24,000 nucleotides of DNA from NCBI GenBank assembly GCA_020442065.1, contig JAGRKZ010000094.1:1-24000 (forward strand), given 5' to 3'. Within the stretch, counting starts at the first letter, position 1. The number at the start of each line of letters is the position of its first letter. The position numbers and the translations under genes were made by a program. The notes below the pieces were generated by a model. That model was not told the DNA's origin. It did no database searches and worked only from the letters and a program-made list of their open reading frames with translations. Positions 15,898 through 24,000 of the stretch are shown here, piece after piece. The DNA is from Bauldia sp. Lineage in GTDB: Bacteria > Pseudomonadota > Alphaproteobacteria > Rhizobiales > Kaistiaceae.

Positions 15898-16617
15898 TCA
15901 GGCCGCCGTGCCGCGCCGGTCGGTAGCAAGCCAGCGGTCGAGGAACGTCTCGAGGAAGGCGGTCGTCTTCCAGTCGTGGAGGGCACGACCTGTGAAGTGC
16001 TCCTCCGCCGGCTGGGTGCCCGGGAAGTGCTCCCGCTGTGCGATGTTCAATGTCCAGCGTCCGACCATCGCGGTGGTGAGCTCGATGTGGAACTGGAGAC
16101 CGAAGGTCGTCGGGCCGTAGGCAAAGGCCTGATTCCGGAAGACGTCGCCCTCGGCGAGCAGGACCGCACCGGCGGGCAGGTCGAAGCCCTCGCGATGGAA
16201 ATGGTGGACGCGGTCGGGCCAGTCGAGCAGTGCCTGCCCCGCAACGGTCGGGCGGATCGGGAAGTAGCCGATCTCGACGCGGCCTTCGGGATCCGGCCGC
16301 ACCGCAGCGCCAAGATGCCGGGCGATCATCTGCGCGCCTAGGCAGAGTCCCAGCAGCGGTGCTTCCTCGCGGAGCGGTACCCCGACCCAGTCGGTTTCGA
16401 CGCTGATATATGCGTCGCCGTCATTGGCGCTCATCGGCCCACCGAAGATGACGGCGCCGGCATGGTCGGCAAGGGTCTCGGGCAGGGCGTCGCCGAAGCG
16501 CGGGCGGCGTATATCGAGGCGGTGGCCGCGGGCGGCGAGGCGAAGACCGACGCGACCGGGCGTCGAGTGCTCCTGGTGCAGCACGATCAGGATCGGCTTC
16601 GGCTCAGGCGACACCAT
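15898..16617 (-). CDS. Class-I glutamine amidotransferase-like protein (GuaA-N-domain type)
   Basis: Start trimmed to the ATG at 16617 (MVSPEPKPILIVLHQEHSTPGRVG). Nucleophile elbow LGLCLGAQMIA and His/Glu in LQFHIELT. Confidence 0.82.
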   Translation of the reverse strand: MVSPEPKPILIVLHQEHSTPGRVGLRLAARGHRLDIRRPRFGDALPETLADHAGAVIFGGPMSANDGDAYISVETDWVGVPLREEAPLLGLCLGAQMIARHLGAAVRPDPEGRVEIGYFPIRPTVAGQALLDWPDRVHHFHREGFDLPAGAVLLAEGDVFRNQAFAYGPTTFGLQFHIELTTAMVGRWTLNIAQREHFPGTQPAEEHFTGRALHDWKTTAFLETFLDRWLATDRRGTAA

Positions 16618-17062
16618 CGCCGCGGGCCACCTGCTTGAGCCGGATTCGGGCCTCCGACGCCACGCCCAGCAGCTCGGCGGCGCGCCAGATGAGATTGTCC
16701 TCGAATTCATGCATCGCGCCGTCGGCGAAGACGAGCTCCCACATCATGCCGACGATCCGCTCGCGCTCGGCGATGTCGAGCCGCTGCTTGAGGACGCTGG
16801 TGAAGCCGTAGAGGTCGATCGCCTCCTTGTCGGCTGCCTCCGCGGCGGCGACCAGATCGTCCACGTCGGCGTCGCCGAGGGCGAAGCGGTCCTTGAGGAG
16901 TACGCGGAGCCGCTTCAGCTCGTCCTGCTCGACGACGCCGTCAATGGCGATGACGTGATAGAGCAGGGCCGCCGCGGCAAGCCGGGCCGTGTCGGCACTG
17001 ACCGGCTTCGGTTCGGGCTCGCCGGCCAGATCGGCAATGAATCGCTTGAGCGCGGAGATCAT
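16604..17062 (-). CDS. TerB-family (tellurite-resistance TerB-like) protein
   Basis: 152-aa acidic helical protein. The segments AAALLYHVIAIDGVVEQDELKRLRVLL and RIVGMMWELVFADGAMHEFEDNLIWRAAELLGV match the TerB-like domain as I remember it. Confidence 0.7.
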   Translation of the reverse strand: MISALKRFIADLAGEPEPKPVSADTARLAAAALLYHVIAIDGVVEQDELKRLRVLLKDRFALGDADVDDLVAAAEAADKEAIDLYGFTSVLKQRLDIAERERIVGMMWELVFADGAMHEFEDNLIWRAAELLGVASEARIRLKQVARGDGVA

Positions 17063-17157
17063 CGATCCATCAATGAGCGGGATGGCGGTTCTGCGTCAAG
17101 TTTCGCATGGCGCTTGATACGCAGCGGCGCGGGCCGAAGGACGGGAAGCCGGGCCCC

Positions 17158-17190
17158 AAAAAAGCAAAACGCCGGCCCGAGGGCCGGCGC
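17158..17190 (-). terminator. Strong rho-independent terminator (minus-strand orientation)
   Basis: The minus strand reads GCGCCGGCCCTCGGGCCGGCG followed by TTTTGCTTTTTT. The arms are 17170-17178 and 17181-17189, and the A-runs on the plus strand are at 17158-17169. Confidence 0.75.
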
Positions 17191-17477
17191 CGCGATCGAT
17201 AACAAATCAAAAACCGGCCGCTAAATTCAACCTTCGCCCGGAGCGAAAAAAACCGGACCAATAAGCAGGCAGTAGGATCGCAAGTACAACTTCAAAATGA
17301 CCCTAGATGACCACCAACCCTCGGATCCCCTCAGGCCGACGTGTAGTCGCTGGCAAAGCGCCTACGAATCGTCATCTGTGACCCTATAATGTCGAAAGCC
17401 GCGCCGGGATGCAAGTCTCTTTTCCGCGGTCGGACTATCGGGGTAAACGCCCGCCTAACCCGCCGGCTTCGTTGAGG

Positions 17478-18263
17478 CTATAGCTCTTCGACGACGCAGA
17501 ATACCCCGCCCTGGTTGTCGTCGACCCGGGCATCGCCACTGGGTCCGCCATCCGCGGCGAGCGCGGCCACGGCATGATCCTCCGAGCGATCTTCCGGCCG
17601 GTAGCCGAGACGGTGCGCGTTGCGGTTGTCCCACCACGCCCTTGCATTGTCCGACATCCCGAAGACGATTTCATGACGGATGCCGGGGCGCTCGAGCCCG
17701 ATGCGGACGAGCTGGACGAAGTCGCGCGGGCTCTGCCAGATGGCCAGCCGCCGTCGGTCGGCGGGGGTGGCGGTGATGTTGCCGATACGGATGCTCATCA
17801 CCTCGGCGCCGTATTTATAGGCGTAGAGCGCCGCCACCGCCTCGCCGAAGGCCTTGGACAGCCCGTATCGGCTGTCCGGCCGCACCGGCGCGTCGATGCC
17901 GATCGTCTCCGCCCTCGGGTAGTACCCGACGGCGTGGTTGGACGAGGCGAAGACGATTCGCTTCACCGCCTCGAGCCGGGCTGCCTCGAAGAGGTTGTAG
18001 CAGCCGACGATGTTGGCTTCGTGGATGGCGTCCCAGTCTCCCTCCACCGACTTGCCGCCGAGATGGAGGATGCCGTCGACCCCGGCGATCGCTCGCCGCA
18101 GCGCCGCGATGTCGCCGAGGTCGGCCTCGATCACCTCTTCCCCCGGGGTCGGCTCCGGGACCGGCGTGCGATCGGAAAGGCGCAGGTTGTAGTGCGCGCG
18201 AAGGAGCGGGCGGATCTGCGTGGCGACGCCGCCGGCAGCACCGGTGACGAGGATGGTCTTCAT
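17478..18263 (-). CDS. NAD-dependent SDR of the epimerase/dehydratase family, uronate-dehydrogenase (Udh)-like
   Basis: GGGGAGA RBS. Rossmann motif VTGAAGGVA and catalytic YGLSK (YxxxK). It is colinear with the remembered Agrobacterium Udh pattern: HLGG.SVE...NI.G.YNL.EAAR...IVFASSNH..GYYP...RPDS.YG.SK.FGE, WWDN. Confidence 0.7.
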   Translation of the reverse strand: MKTILVTGAAGGVATQIRPLLRAHYNLRLSDRTPVPEPTPGEEVIEADLGDIAALRRAIAGVDGILHLGGKSVEGDWDAIHEANIVGCYNLFEAARLEAVKRIVFASSNHAVGYYPRAETIGIDAPVRPDSRYGLSKAFGEAVAALYAYKYGAEVMSIRIGNITATPADRRRLAIWQSPRDFVQLVRIGLERPGIRHEIVFGMSDNARAWWDNRNAHRLGYRPEDRSEDHAVAALAADGGPSGDARVDDNQGGVFCVVEEL

Positions 18264-18406
18264 GATCGGAGCATCTCCCCTGTTGCGTCCCGGGCATCAG
18301 GGTAGCCGGAGCCGCCGCGGTTGGCATAGGACCCGTCCATGCCTGCAGAAGCTGCTACGCGGGGTGGCAGCCTGCGCCCGACGCGGATCGCGGATACGGC
18401 GGGTTT

Positions 18407-18444
18407 GAGGGCGCCGGGCCTGACGGTGCAGGCCCGGCGCCCTC
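18407..18444. other. Perfect 16-bp stem / 6-nt loop hairpin between the oxidoreductase and Udh-like genes
   Basis: GAGGGCGCCGGGCCTG (18407-18422) is the exact reverse complement of CAGGCCCGGCGCCCTC (18429-18444). There is no U-tract on either strand. A second, bulged hairpin (18473-18495) abuts the stop codon at 18496. Confidence 0.6.
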
Positions 18445-18495
18445 GGAGCCGAACGCTCGACCGGGGAATGAAGGGCGACGCGGGCCCGTCGTCCC

Positions 18496-19635
18496 TCAGG
18501 CCAGCAGCCGCTTGGCGTCGGCGGCGGTGAGCGGGGCTGGCCGGTCGGTGGTCGAGCGGATGCGAATGTGTTTCCGCTCGGCCGCCGCGCGCAGGATCGA
18601 TTCCATCACGTCGACGACATGGGCGGTCAGCCGGCCCGAGCAGCGCGGCTCGCGGTTCTTGCGGATGGCGTCGACCATGTCCGCCACCCCGAGCATCCGG
18701 TAGTTGGCGCGGTTGGGCCCACTCGCCGGCCAGTTCGGAACACCGAAGACCTCGTCCGAGGTGTCGACGACGGCATAGTCGTCATTGCCTGCCGACCAGG
18801 CCACCTGCCCGCCGAAGAAATTGGGGTCGGGCACCAGCATCGAGCCCTTCTCGCCATAGAGCTCGATCGGGTTGCTGTGGCCGTGCTTCCAGACGTCCCA
18901 GCTCGCGCCGAGCGTGATCTGGGCGCCGGAGGCGAAATCGAGCACGGCATTGATGGTGGTGGGCGTGGTGACCTTGACGGCCTTGCCCTTCATCGGTCCC
19001 TCGGCGCTGACGCGCCGCTCGGCGAAGCCCTTTCGCGCCATCGCGACCACGCCGCGGACCGGCCCGAGCAGGCTGACGAGGGTGGTGATGTAGTAGGGGC
19101 CGATGTCGAACACCGGGCCGGCGCCGGGCTTGTAGAAGAAGCCGGGATTGGGATGCCAGTGTTCCATGCCGTGGCTCATCACATACGCCGTGCCGGCGAT
19201 CACGGCGCCGATCGTCCCCTTGTCGATCAACCGACGCGGGACCTGGGCGCTCGGCCCGAGGAAGGTGTCCGGCGCGCCGCCAAGCTTCAGGCCGCGCCGC
19301 TCGGCGTCGGCGAGCAGCTTCCTCGCATCCGCCGCACCCAGCGCAAGCGGCTTCTCGCTGTAGGCGTGCTTGCCGGCCGAGAGGATCGCCTGGGTAACGG
19401 AGAAGTGGGCGGCGGGGATGGTGAGATTGATGACAAGGTCGACGTCGTCGCTCTTGAGCAGTCCGTCGACGGTCTCGGCCCGGACCCCGTATTTCTCCGC
19501 CTTGGCCTTGGCGAGCGGCGCCTTGAGGTCGGCGCAGGCGACGACGGCGAGCCCTTTGAAGAGGGGCGCGAACGAGAAATAGGTGTCGGAGATGTTGCCG
19601 CAGCCGATGATGCCGATGCGGGTGTCGCGCGCCAT
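18496..19635 (-). CDS. Gfo/Idh/MocA-family NAD(P)-dependent oxidoreductase
   Basis: N-terminal Rossmann motif RIGIIGCGNIS, the EKP motif in HAYSEKPLAL, and a family-typical length of 379 aa. Confidence 0.88.
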   Translation of the reverse strand: MARDTRIGIIGCGNISDTYFSFAPLFKGLAVVACADLKAPLAKAKAEKYGVRAETVDGLLKSDDVDLVINLTIPAAHFSVTQAILSAGKHAYSEKPLALGAADARKLLADAERRGLKLGGAPDTFLGPSAQVPRRLIDKGTIGAVIAGTAYVMSHGMEHWHPNPGFFYKPGAGPVFDIGPYYITTLVSLLGPVRGVVAMARKGFAERRVSAEGPMKGKAVKVTTPTTINAVLDFASGAQITLGASWDVWKHGHSNPIELYGEKGSMLVPDPNFFGGQVAWSAGNDDYAVVDTSDEVFGVPNWPASGPNRANYRMLGVADMVDAIRKNREPRCSGRLTAHVVDVMESILRAAAERKHIRIRSTTDRPAPLTAADAKRLLA

Positions 19636-19638
19636 GGG

Positions 19639-20403
19639 TCAGGCCTTCTTGTTGCCGGCGAGGCCGGAGAGGAAATCGTAGGAATGGCTCGCGAAGCCGC
19701 GCCAGTCCGAGGGATTGTCGTGCTCGAGGACGAGCAGGTCGCAGCCGGCAGCATCGATCACCGGCCATAGTCCCTTCCAGTCGATGGTGCCGCTGCCGAC
19801 GTCGGTCCAGCCGTCGTCGGCTGTGACGCCGTCCGGGGCAGTGTCCTTGACGTGGAAGGCGCAGATCTTGCCGGGAAACCTCTCGAGCTCGGTGCGGATG
19901 TCGGAGCCTGAGCGCGCGATCCAGCCGATGTCGGGTTCGTAGAGGATACCCGGTGGGGCGATCAGGGCCTCGATGGGGCGCGAGCCATCGGCGAGCGTCT
20001 CGTACTCGAAGGCGTGGGTGTGCCAGCCGAGCTTCAGCCCGGCCTCCGCCAGCGCCGCCGCGTGCTCGTTGAGCCGGGCGGCGAAGGCCTGCCAGGCCGC
20101 CCGGTCCTTGGGCCGCTGCGCCTCGACGAGATAGGGCAGGATGGCGGTTTCGAGGCCGAGCGTCTTGGCGATGTCGATGAAGGCGGCACGGTCGGACTCG
20201 AGCAGGTCGACCGGCAGGTGTGCGGTCGGGCAGGCGAGGCCGACGGCGTCGATCTTGCGGCGGAAGCCGGCCGCGTCGTCACCAAACGCGCCGCGATAGG
20301 GCTCGACCCCGTCGAATCCAATCGCTGCGAGCGCTTCGAGCTGGGCCTCGAGCGGCGGAAAATTGCGCGCACTGTAGAGCTGGAAGGATATCCGGTAGGT
20401 CAT
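19639..20403 (-). CDS. Sugar phosphate isomerase/epimerase (xylose-isomerase-like TIM barrel)
   Basis: Starts MTYRISFQLYSARNF..., then GFDGVEP, and has the H/E/D metal-ligand pattern (WHTHAFE, FHVKD, LVLEHD). The stop codon lies 3 nt before the next start. Confidence 0.82.
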   Translation of the reverse strand: MTYRISFQLYSARNFPPLEAQLEALAAIGFDGVEPYRGAFGDDAAGFRRKIDAVGLACPTAHLPVDLLESDRAAFIDIAKTLGLETAILPYLVEAQRPKDRAAWQAFAARLNEHAAALAEAGLKLGWHTHAFEYETLADGSRPIEALIAPPGILYEPDIGWIARSGSDIRTELERFPGKICAFHVKDTAPDGVTADDGWTDVGSGTIDWKGLWPVIDAAGCDLLVLEHDNPSDWRGFASHSYDFLSGLAGNKKA

Positions 20404-20445
20404 CGGGGCATCTTTCGTATGGATGGACCGGCGTCTGCCGGTCGG

Positions 20446-21531
20446 TCAGAGTCGTTCGCCGCTCTTGGCGTCGAACAGGGAGGCATTGACAGGCTGGAAC
20501 CAGGCCTCGACGGCCGTGCCCGCCTCGAAGGTATCGTCGGGGCCGATGCGAACCGAGATGGTGTCGGTACCGACATTCCCCCACAGCAGGCTGTCGGCTC
20601 CCATCGGATCGATCAGGTGGACTTCGATTGGCAGCGCCGATCCGCCGTCGCCGGGCTTCATCTCCATCTGCTCGGGACGGACGCCGAGCACCGCCGGGCG
20701 GCCGTCTTCCGGCCTTGCGGAAAACTCGTAGCCGCCGAGGCCGATGCGCTTGCCGCTGGGCAGCTCGATGGCCGGCGCGCCCTCGGCGAGGCGGAGTGTG
20801 CCCTCGACGAAATTCATCGACGGCGAGCCGACGAAGCCCGCAACGAAGCGGTTGATCGGCCGACGGTAGATCTCCTTCGGGGTGGCAAGCTGCTGGATGA
20901 CGCCGCCATGCATCACGGCGATGCGGTCGGCGAGCGTCAGCGCCTCGATCTGGTCGTGGGTCACATAGATCATGGTCGAAGCGAGCCGATTATGCAGCTT
21001 CTTCAGTTCGACCCGGAGCTCTGTCCGGAGCTTGGCGTCGAGGTTCGACAGCGGCTCGTCGAAGAGGAAAACGTCGACGTCGCGGACCAGCGCCCGCCCG
21101 ATCGCGACGCGCTGGCGCTGGCCGCCCGAAAGCTCCGACGGGCGGCGGCCAAGCAGAGGCTTGATCTGCAGGAGCTCCGCCGTCCGCTCGACCCGGCGGG
21201 CGATCTCGTCCTTCGGCACCCGCGCCACGCGGAGGCCGAAGGTGAGGTTCCCCTCCGCCGTCATCCGCGGATAGAGCGCGTAGGACTGGAAGACCATGCC
21301 GATGCCGCGGTCCTTCGGCTCCTCCCAGGTGACGTTCTTGCCGTCGATCCAGATCTGGCCGCTGGTGATGTCGAGCAGGCCGGCGATGGCGTTGAGCAGC
21401 GTCGACTTCCCGCAGCCCGACGGCCCGAGCAGGACGATGAATTCGCCCGCCGTGACGTCGAGATTGAGATCCCTCAGGACCTTGAGATGGCCGAACGAGA
21501 CGCCGAGATTCTTGACCGAGACTTCCGCCAC
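20446..21531 (-). CDS. ABC transporter ATP-binding protein, MalK/UgpC type (CUT1)
   Basis: GTG start. Walker A GPSGCGKST, signature LSGGQRQR, Walker B VFLFDEPLSNLD, plus a C-terminal regulatory/TOBE-like extension. Confidence 0.92.
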   Translation of the reverse strand: MAEVSVKNLGVSFGHLKVLRDLNLDVTAGEFIVLLGPSGCGKSTLLNAIAGLLDITSGQIWIDGKNVTWEEPKDRGIGMVFQSYALYPRMTAEGNLTFGLRVARVPKDEIARRVERTAELLQIKPLLGRRPSELSGGQRQRVAIGRALVRDVDVFLFDEPLSNLDAKLRTELRVELKKLHNRLASTMIYVTHDQIEALTLADRIAVMHGGVIQQLATPKEIYRRPINRFVAGFVGSPSMNFVEGTLRLAEGAPAIELPSGKRIGLGGYEFSARPEDGRPAVLGVRPEQMEMKPGDGGSALPIEVHLIDPMGADSLLWGNVGTDTISVRIGPDDTFEAGTAVEAWFQPVNASLFDAKSGERL

Positions 21532-21535
21532 CTGC

Positions 21536-22462
21536 CTACCCCTTAACCGCGCCGGCGGCGATGCCGCGGACGAACCAGCGGCCGGACACGAAATAGACGA
21601 TCAGCGGCACCGCCGCGGTCAGGATCGTCGCCGCCATGTTGATGTTGTACTCCCGCACGCCGGTGGTCGAGTTGACGATATTGTTGAGCTGCACCGTCAT
21701 CGGCCAGTTCTCACGGCCGGCGAAGACCACGCCGAACAGGAAGTCGTTCCAGATGCCGGTGACCTGGAGAATGACGGCCACGATCGTGATCGGCACGGAC
21801 ATCGGCATCATGATCATGAAGAAGATGCGCCAGAAGCCGGCGCCGTCGACCCGCGCGGCCTTGAACAGCTCGACCGGGAGCGAGGCGTAGAAGTTCCGGT
21901 AGAGCAGCGTGAGCAGCGGCATGCCGAAGATGGTGTGGATGATGATGATGCCGGGCAGGGTTGCGAACAGGCCCGCCCAGCTCAGGCCGATGATCAGCGG
22001 ATAGATCACCACCTGATAGGGGACGAAGGCGCCGAAGACGAGGAGCGCGAAGAGGAGGTTGGCGCCTTTGTACGGCCAGTAGGTGAGCGCATAGCCGTTG
22101 AGCGAGGCGCAGATGATCGAGACTATGACGCTCGGCACCGTGATCTTGACCGAGTTCCAGAACCCGGGACTCAGCCCGTGGCAGTCGAGGCCGGTGCAGG
22201 CGTTCACCATGGCGTCGATCCAAGGCTGGATCGTCGGCTCTTTGGGCAGGTTGAAGAGGAGGCCGAGGCGGATCTCGGGCATCGTCTTCAGCGACGTCAC
22301 GATCATGACGTAGAGCGGCACCAGGAAGAACACCGCCGCCATGATCAGGAAGGCGTAGATGCCGATCCGGCCGGGCGAGATGCGGCGCGGCTTGCGGCCC
22401 TCGGGCTCGATCCCGGCCCGCGCCCCGGCACGGGTGTCGATGGCGGTATCGTGCGCGCTCAT
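21536..22462 (-). CDS. Carbohydrate ABC permease (MalG/UgpE-like)
   Basis: True start is the ATG at 22462 (MSAHDTAID...), in an ATGA overlap with the upstream stop codon. The EAA-loop region is AARVDGAGFWRIFFMIMMPMS. The longer 568-aa ORF is an out-of-context extension. Confidence 0.88.
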   Translation of the reverse strand: MSAHDTAIDTRAGARAGIEPEGRKPRRISPGRIGIYAFLIMAAVFFLVPLYVMIVTSLKTMPEIRLGLLFNLPKEPTIQPWIDAMVNACTGLDCHGLSPGFWNSVKITVPSVIVSIICASLNGYALTYWPYKGANLLFALLVFGAFVPYQVVIYPLIIGLSWAGLFATLPGIIIIHTIFGMPLLTLLYRNFYASLPVELFKAARVDGAGFWRIFFMIMMPMSVPITIVAVILQVTGIWNDFLFGVVFAGRENWPMTVQLNNIVNSTTGVREYNINMAATILTAAVPLIVYFVSGRWFVRGIAAGAVKG

Positions 22463-23352
22463 GCCGCCTTCGCTTTCCGTCCGCGCCGCCACAGCAGGAT
22501 GCCGCCGATCGCGATTACGATGAGGATGGGCAGCAGCATCATCGTCGCAGCCGCCATGCCCTGGCCGACGTTCTGCCGGACGGTGATGAGCTGGATGACG
22601 TAGACGGCGGGCATGGTTGTCGAGTAGCCGGGCCCGCCACCGGTCATGGCGACGACGAGGTCGTAGACCCGGACGACGCTGACGCACTGGAGCACGAAGG
22701 CGGTGGCGACGGCGCCCCGCATCATCGGCAGGCCGATGAAGAGATAGGCGCGCCAGTCGGGAATGCCGTCGACTTTCGCCGCCTTCCAGATCTCCTGGTC
22801 GATGCCGCGGAGGCCGGCGAGCAGGATCGCCATGGTGACGCCCGAGCCCTGCCAGATGCCGGCGACGACGAGGCCGTATATGGCGAGCTGGGGATCGACC
22901 AGCGGCGCGAAGCTGAAACTCTCCCAGCCGAGGTGTCGCATTGCCGACTGGAGGCCGAGATTGGGGTCGAGCGCCCATTGCCAGACGAGGCCGGTGACGA
23001 TCAGCGACATCGCGAACGGGTAGAGGAAGATCGAGCGGAACGCGTCCTCCTGGCGGATGCGCTGGTCCATGAAGACCGCGAGCAGATAGCCGAAGACCAG
23101 GTTGCAGCCGATCGACAGGAAACCGAATATCCAGATGTTGTTGACGGCGACCAGCCAGCGATCGGTCGCCCACAGCCGCCGGTACTGCAGCAACCCGACG
23201 AAGTCGTAGTTGGGGAACAGTTTCGAGCTGGTGAAGGACCACAAAACCGAGAAGCCGATCCCGACGACGAAGACGCCGATCGAGACCAGGATCATCGGGA
23301 TCGTTCCGACGATCGACGGGAGCGGGAAGGCGCGTCGGAGCGCGAGGGTCAT
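22459..23352 (-). CDS. Carbohydrate ABC permease (MalF/UgpA-like)
   Basis: Six-TM-type hydrophobic profile and EAA loop AAKVDGIPDWRAYLFIGLPMM. AAGGA RBS. Confidence 0.88.
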   Translation of the reverse strand: MTLALRRAFPLPSIVGTIPMILVSIGVFVVGIGFSVLWSFTSSKLFPNYDFVGLLQYRRLWATDRWLVAVNNIWIFGFLSIGCNLVFGYLLAVFMDQRIRQEDAFRSIFLYPFAMSLIVTGLVWQWALDPNLGLQSAMRHLGWESFSFAPLVDPQLAIYGLVVAGIWQGSGVTMAILLAGLRGIDQEIWKAAKVDGIPDWRAYLFIGLPMMRGAVATAFVLQCVSVVRVYDLVVAMTGGGPGYSTTMPAVYVIQLITVRQNVGQGMAAATMMLLPILIVIAIGGILLWRRGRKAKAA

Positions 23353-23381
23353 GGGCCGTCCTTGTCAGGCAGCACAGGAGA

Positions 23382-23407
23382 CCGGCGCCGCGTTGACGCA
23401 GCGCCGG
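23382..23407 (-). other. Intercistronic stem-loop between the binding-protein and permease genes
   Basis: CCGGCGC (23382-23388) pairs with GCGCCGG (23401-23407). The position is typical of stabiliser or attenuating hairpins after ABC binding-protein genes. Confidence 0.45.
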
Positions 23408-23425
23408 CCGTGTTTCCCGTCGGAC

Positions 23426-24000
23426 CTAGTCGGACAGCTCGATGATCTCGGCGAACTTCGCCGCGGCATCCTCGGCCGTCACCGAATCATCGGCGAAGTA
23501 ATTCGCGATGAGCTCGTTGATCGCCTGGTTGGTGTTCTCGGTGATGTAGCGGTTGGTCGCGACCACGATCTTGGCCGGATCCTCGACCGCGGCGAGCGCC
23601 TTCTGCATGCAGGGATCGGCGGTCGACATGTCGACGTCGCCGCGCACCGGCATCGAGCCCTTGGCGTTGTTGAAGGCGACCTGCACTTCCGGGCTGATCA
23701 GCAGCTTGGCGAGACGCTTCTGCGCCGCCTCGACCTCCGGATCGCTCTGCTTGAAGAAGACGAAGATGTCGCCGTCGGTCGACACCAGCGGCTTGTCCTC
23801 GTTGAGGCCGATGATGCAGCCGAAGTCCTTGACGCCGGTCATGCCGGCGGCCGCGAACTCGCCGCGCGCCCAGTCGCCCATCACCTGAAGGCCGGCCTTG
23901 TTGGTGATGACGAGATTGGTCGTGTCGTTCCAGTTGCGGTTGGCGTAGCCCTCGTCGGTGAAGCTCTTGAGGGCGCGCAGGTCCTTGAACACCTGCACCA
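23426..24000 (-). CDS. Extracellular solute-binding protein, family-1 sugar type (C-terminal 190 aa; N-terminus lies beyond the window)
   Basis: The ORF runs off the right edge. Its sequence (…GDWARGEF…FFKQSDPEVEAAQKRLAKLLISPEVQVAFNNAKGSMPVR…) and its position ahead of the MalFGK-type genes support the call. Confidence 0.75.
   Translation of the reverse strand, partial: VQVFKDLRALKSFTDEGYANRNWNDTTNLVITNKAGLQVMGDWARGEFAAAGMTGVKDFGCIIGLNEDKPLVSTDGDIFVFFKQSDPEVEAAQKRLAKLLISPEVQVAFNNAKGSMPVRGDVDMSTADPCMQKALAAVEDPAKIVVATNRYITENTNQAINELIANYFADDSVTAEDAAAKFAEIIELSD

Noticed and set aside
17331-17375. 14-codon mini-ORF MTIRRRFASDYTSA as a protein-coding gene
   Set aside because: The Shine-Dalgarno is very weak (AGGG), the ORF is tiny and no conservation evidence is available. 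It is kept only as part of the leader/sRNA hypothesis, not as a CDS.
17200-17480. tmRNA, SRP RNA, RNase P RNA or tRNA in the long intergenic region
   Set aside because: I saw no T-arm (GTTCGAATC-like), no SRP GGUCCGGAAGGAAGCAG core, no RNase P GAGGAAAGUCC box and no alanine-rich tag ORF. Only generic hairpins and a terminator are present.
20014-22603. Plus-strand ORFs of 510 aa and 435 aa
   Set aside because: They are antisense to the MalK-type ATPase and the permease genes. The translation is Arg/Asp/Gly-rich with no motifs.
22463-23242. N-terminal extension of the 568-aa ORF 21536..23242
   Set aside because: It overlaps the MalF-like permease in another frame. The ATG at 22462, with an ATGA overlap, gives a normal-length MalG-like permease.
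1-24000. Phage-defence system, toxin-antitoxin pair, integrase/transposase or other mobile-element genes
   Set aside because: No ORF shows nuclease, ATPase-defence, recombinase, DDE or reverse-transcriptase motifs, and no terminal inverted repeats or target-site duplications were seen. All large ORFs are explained by metabolic, transport or regulatory families.

Overview
High-GC, densely coding window, alphaproteobacterium-like (Rhizobiales/Hyphomicrobiales style codon usage and gene families; this is an inference). I support about 24 protein genes, the 3' end of a tRNA at the left edge, and several stem-loops. Blocks from left to right follow. (1) tRNA 3' end, then a class-III aminotransferase on the minus strand. 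(2) A plus-strand operon: ROK regulator, M20 amidohydrolase, two tandem paralogous periplasmic sugar-type binding proteins, one permease, a YhfX/alanine-racemase-fold PLP protein, a single-NBD ATPase and a GH13 amylosucrase-like enzyme. (3) A minus-strand run: ECF sigma, anti-sigma, a free-standing lipoyl-domain protein and an alpha/beta-hydrolase. Facing it are two plus-strand tandem paralogous secreted Cys-motif TPR proteins, one with a 35-residue Gly/Ser tract. (4) An overlapping TerB-like and class-I glutamine amidotransferase pair. (5) A structured 415-bp intergenic region that may hold an sRNA or leader. (6) A minus-strand sugar operon: CUT1-type ABC transporter (binding protein truncated at the window end), TIM-barrel isomerase/epimerase and Gfo/Idh/MocA oxidoreductase, followed by a uronate-dehydrogenase-like SDR. 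I found no CRISPR array, integrase, transposase, terminal inverted repeats or recognisable defence genes. The most unusual candidates are three: the ECF-linked duplicated secreted TPR module, the orphan split lipoyl-carrier plus hydrolase pair, and the mixed amino-compound/glycoside catabolic operon with an enzyme gene placed between the transporter genes. All functional calls come from reading motifs in the supplied translations. No database search was run.
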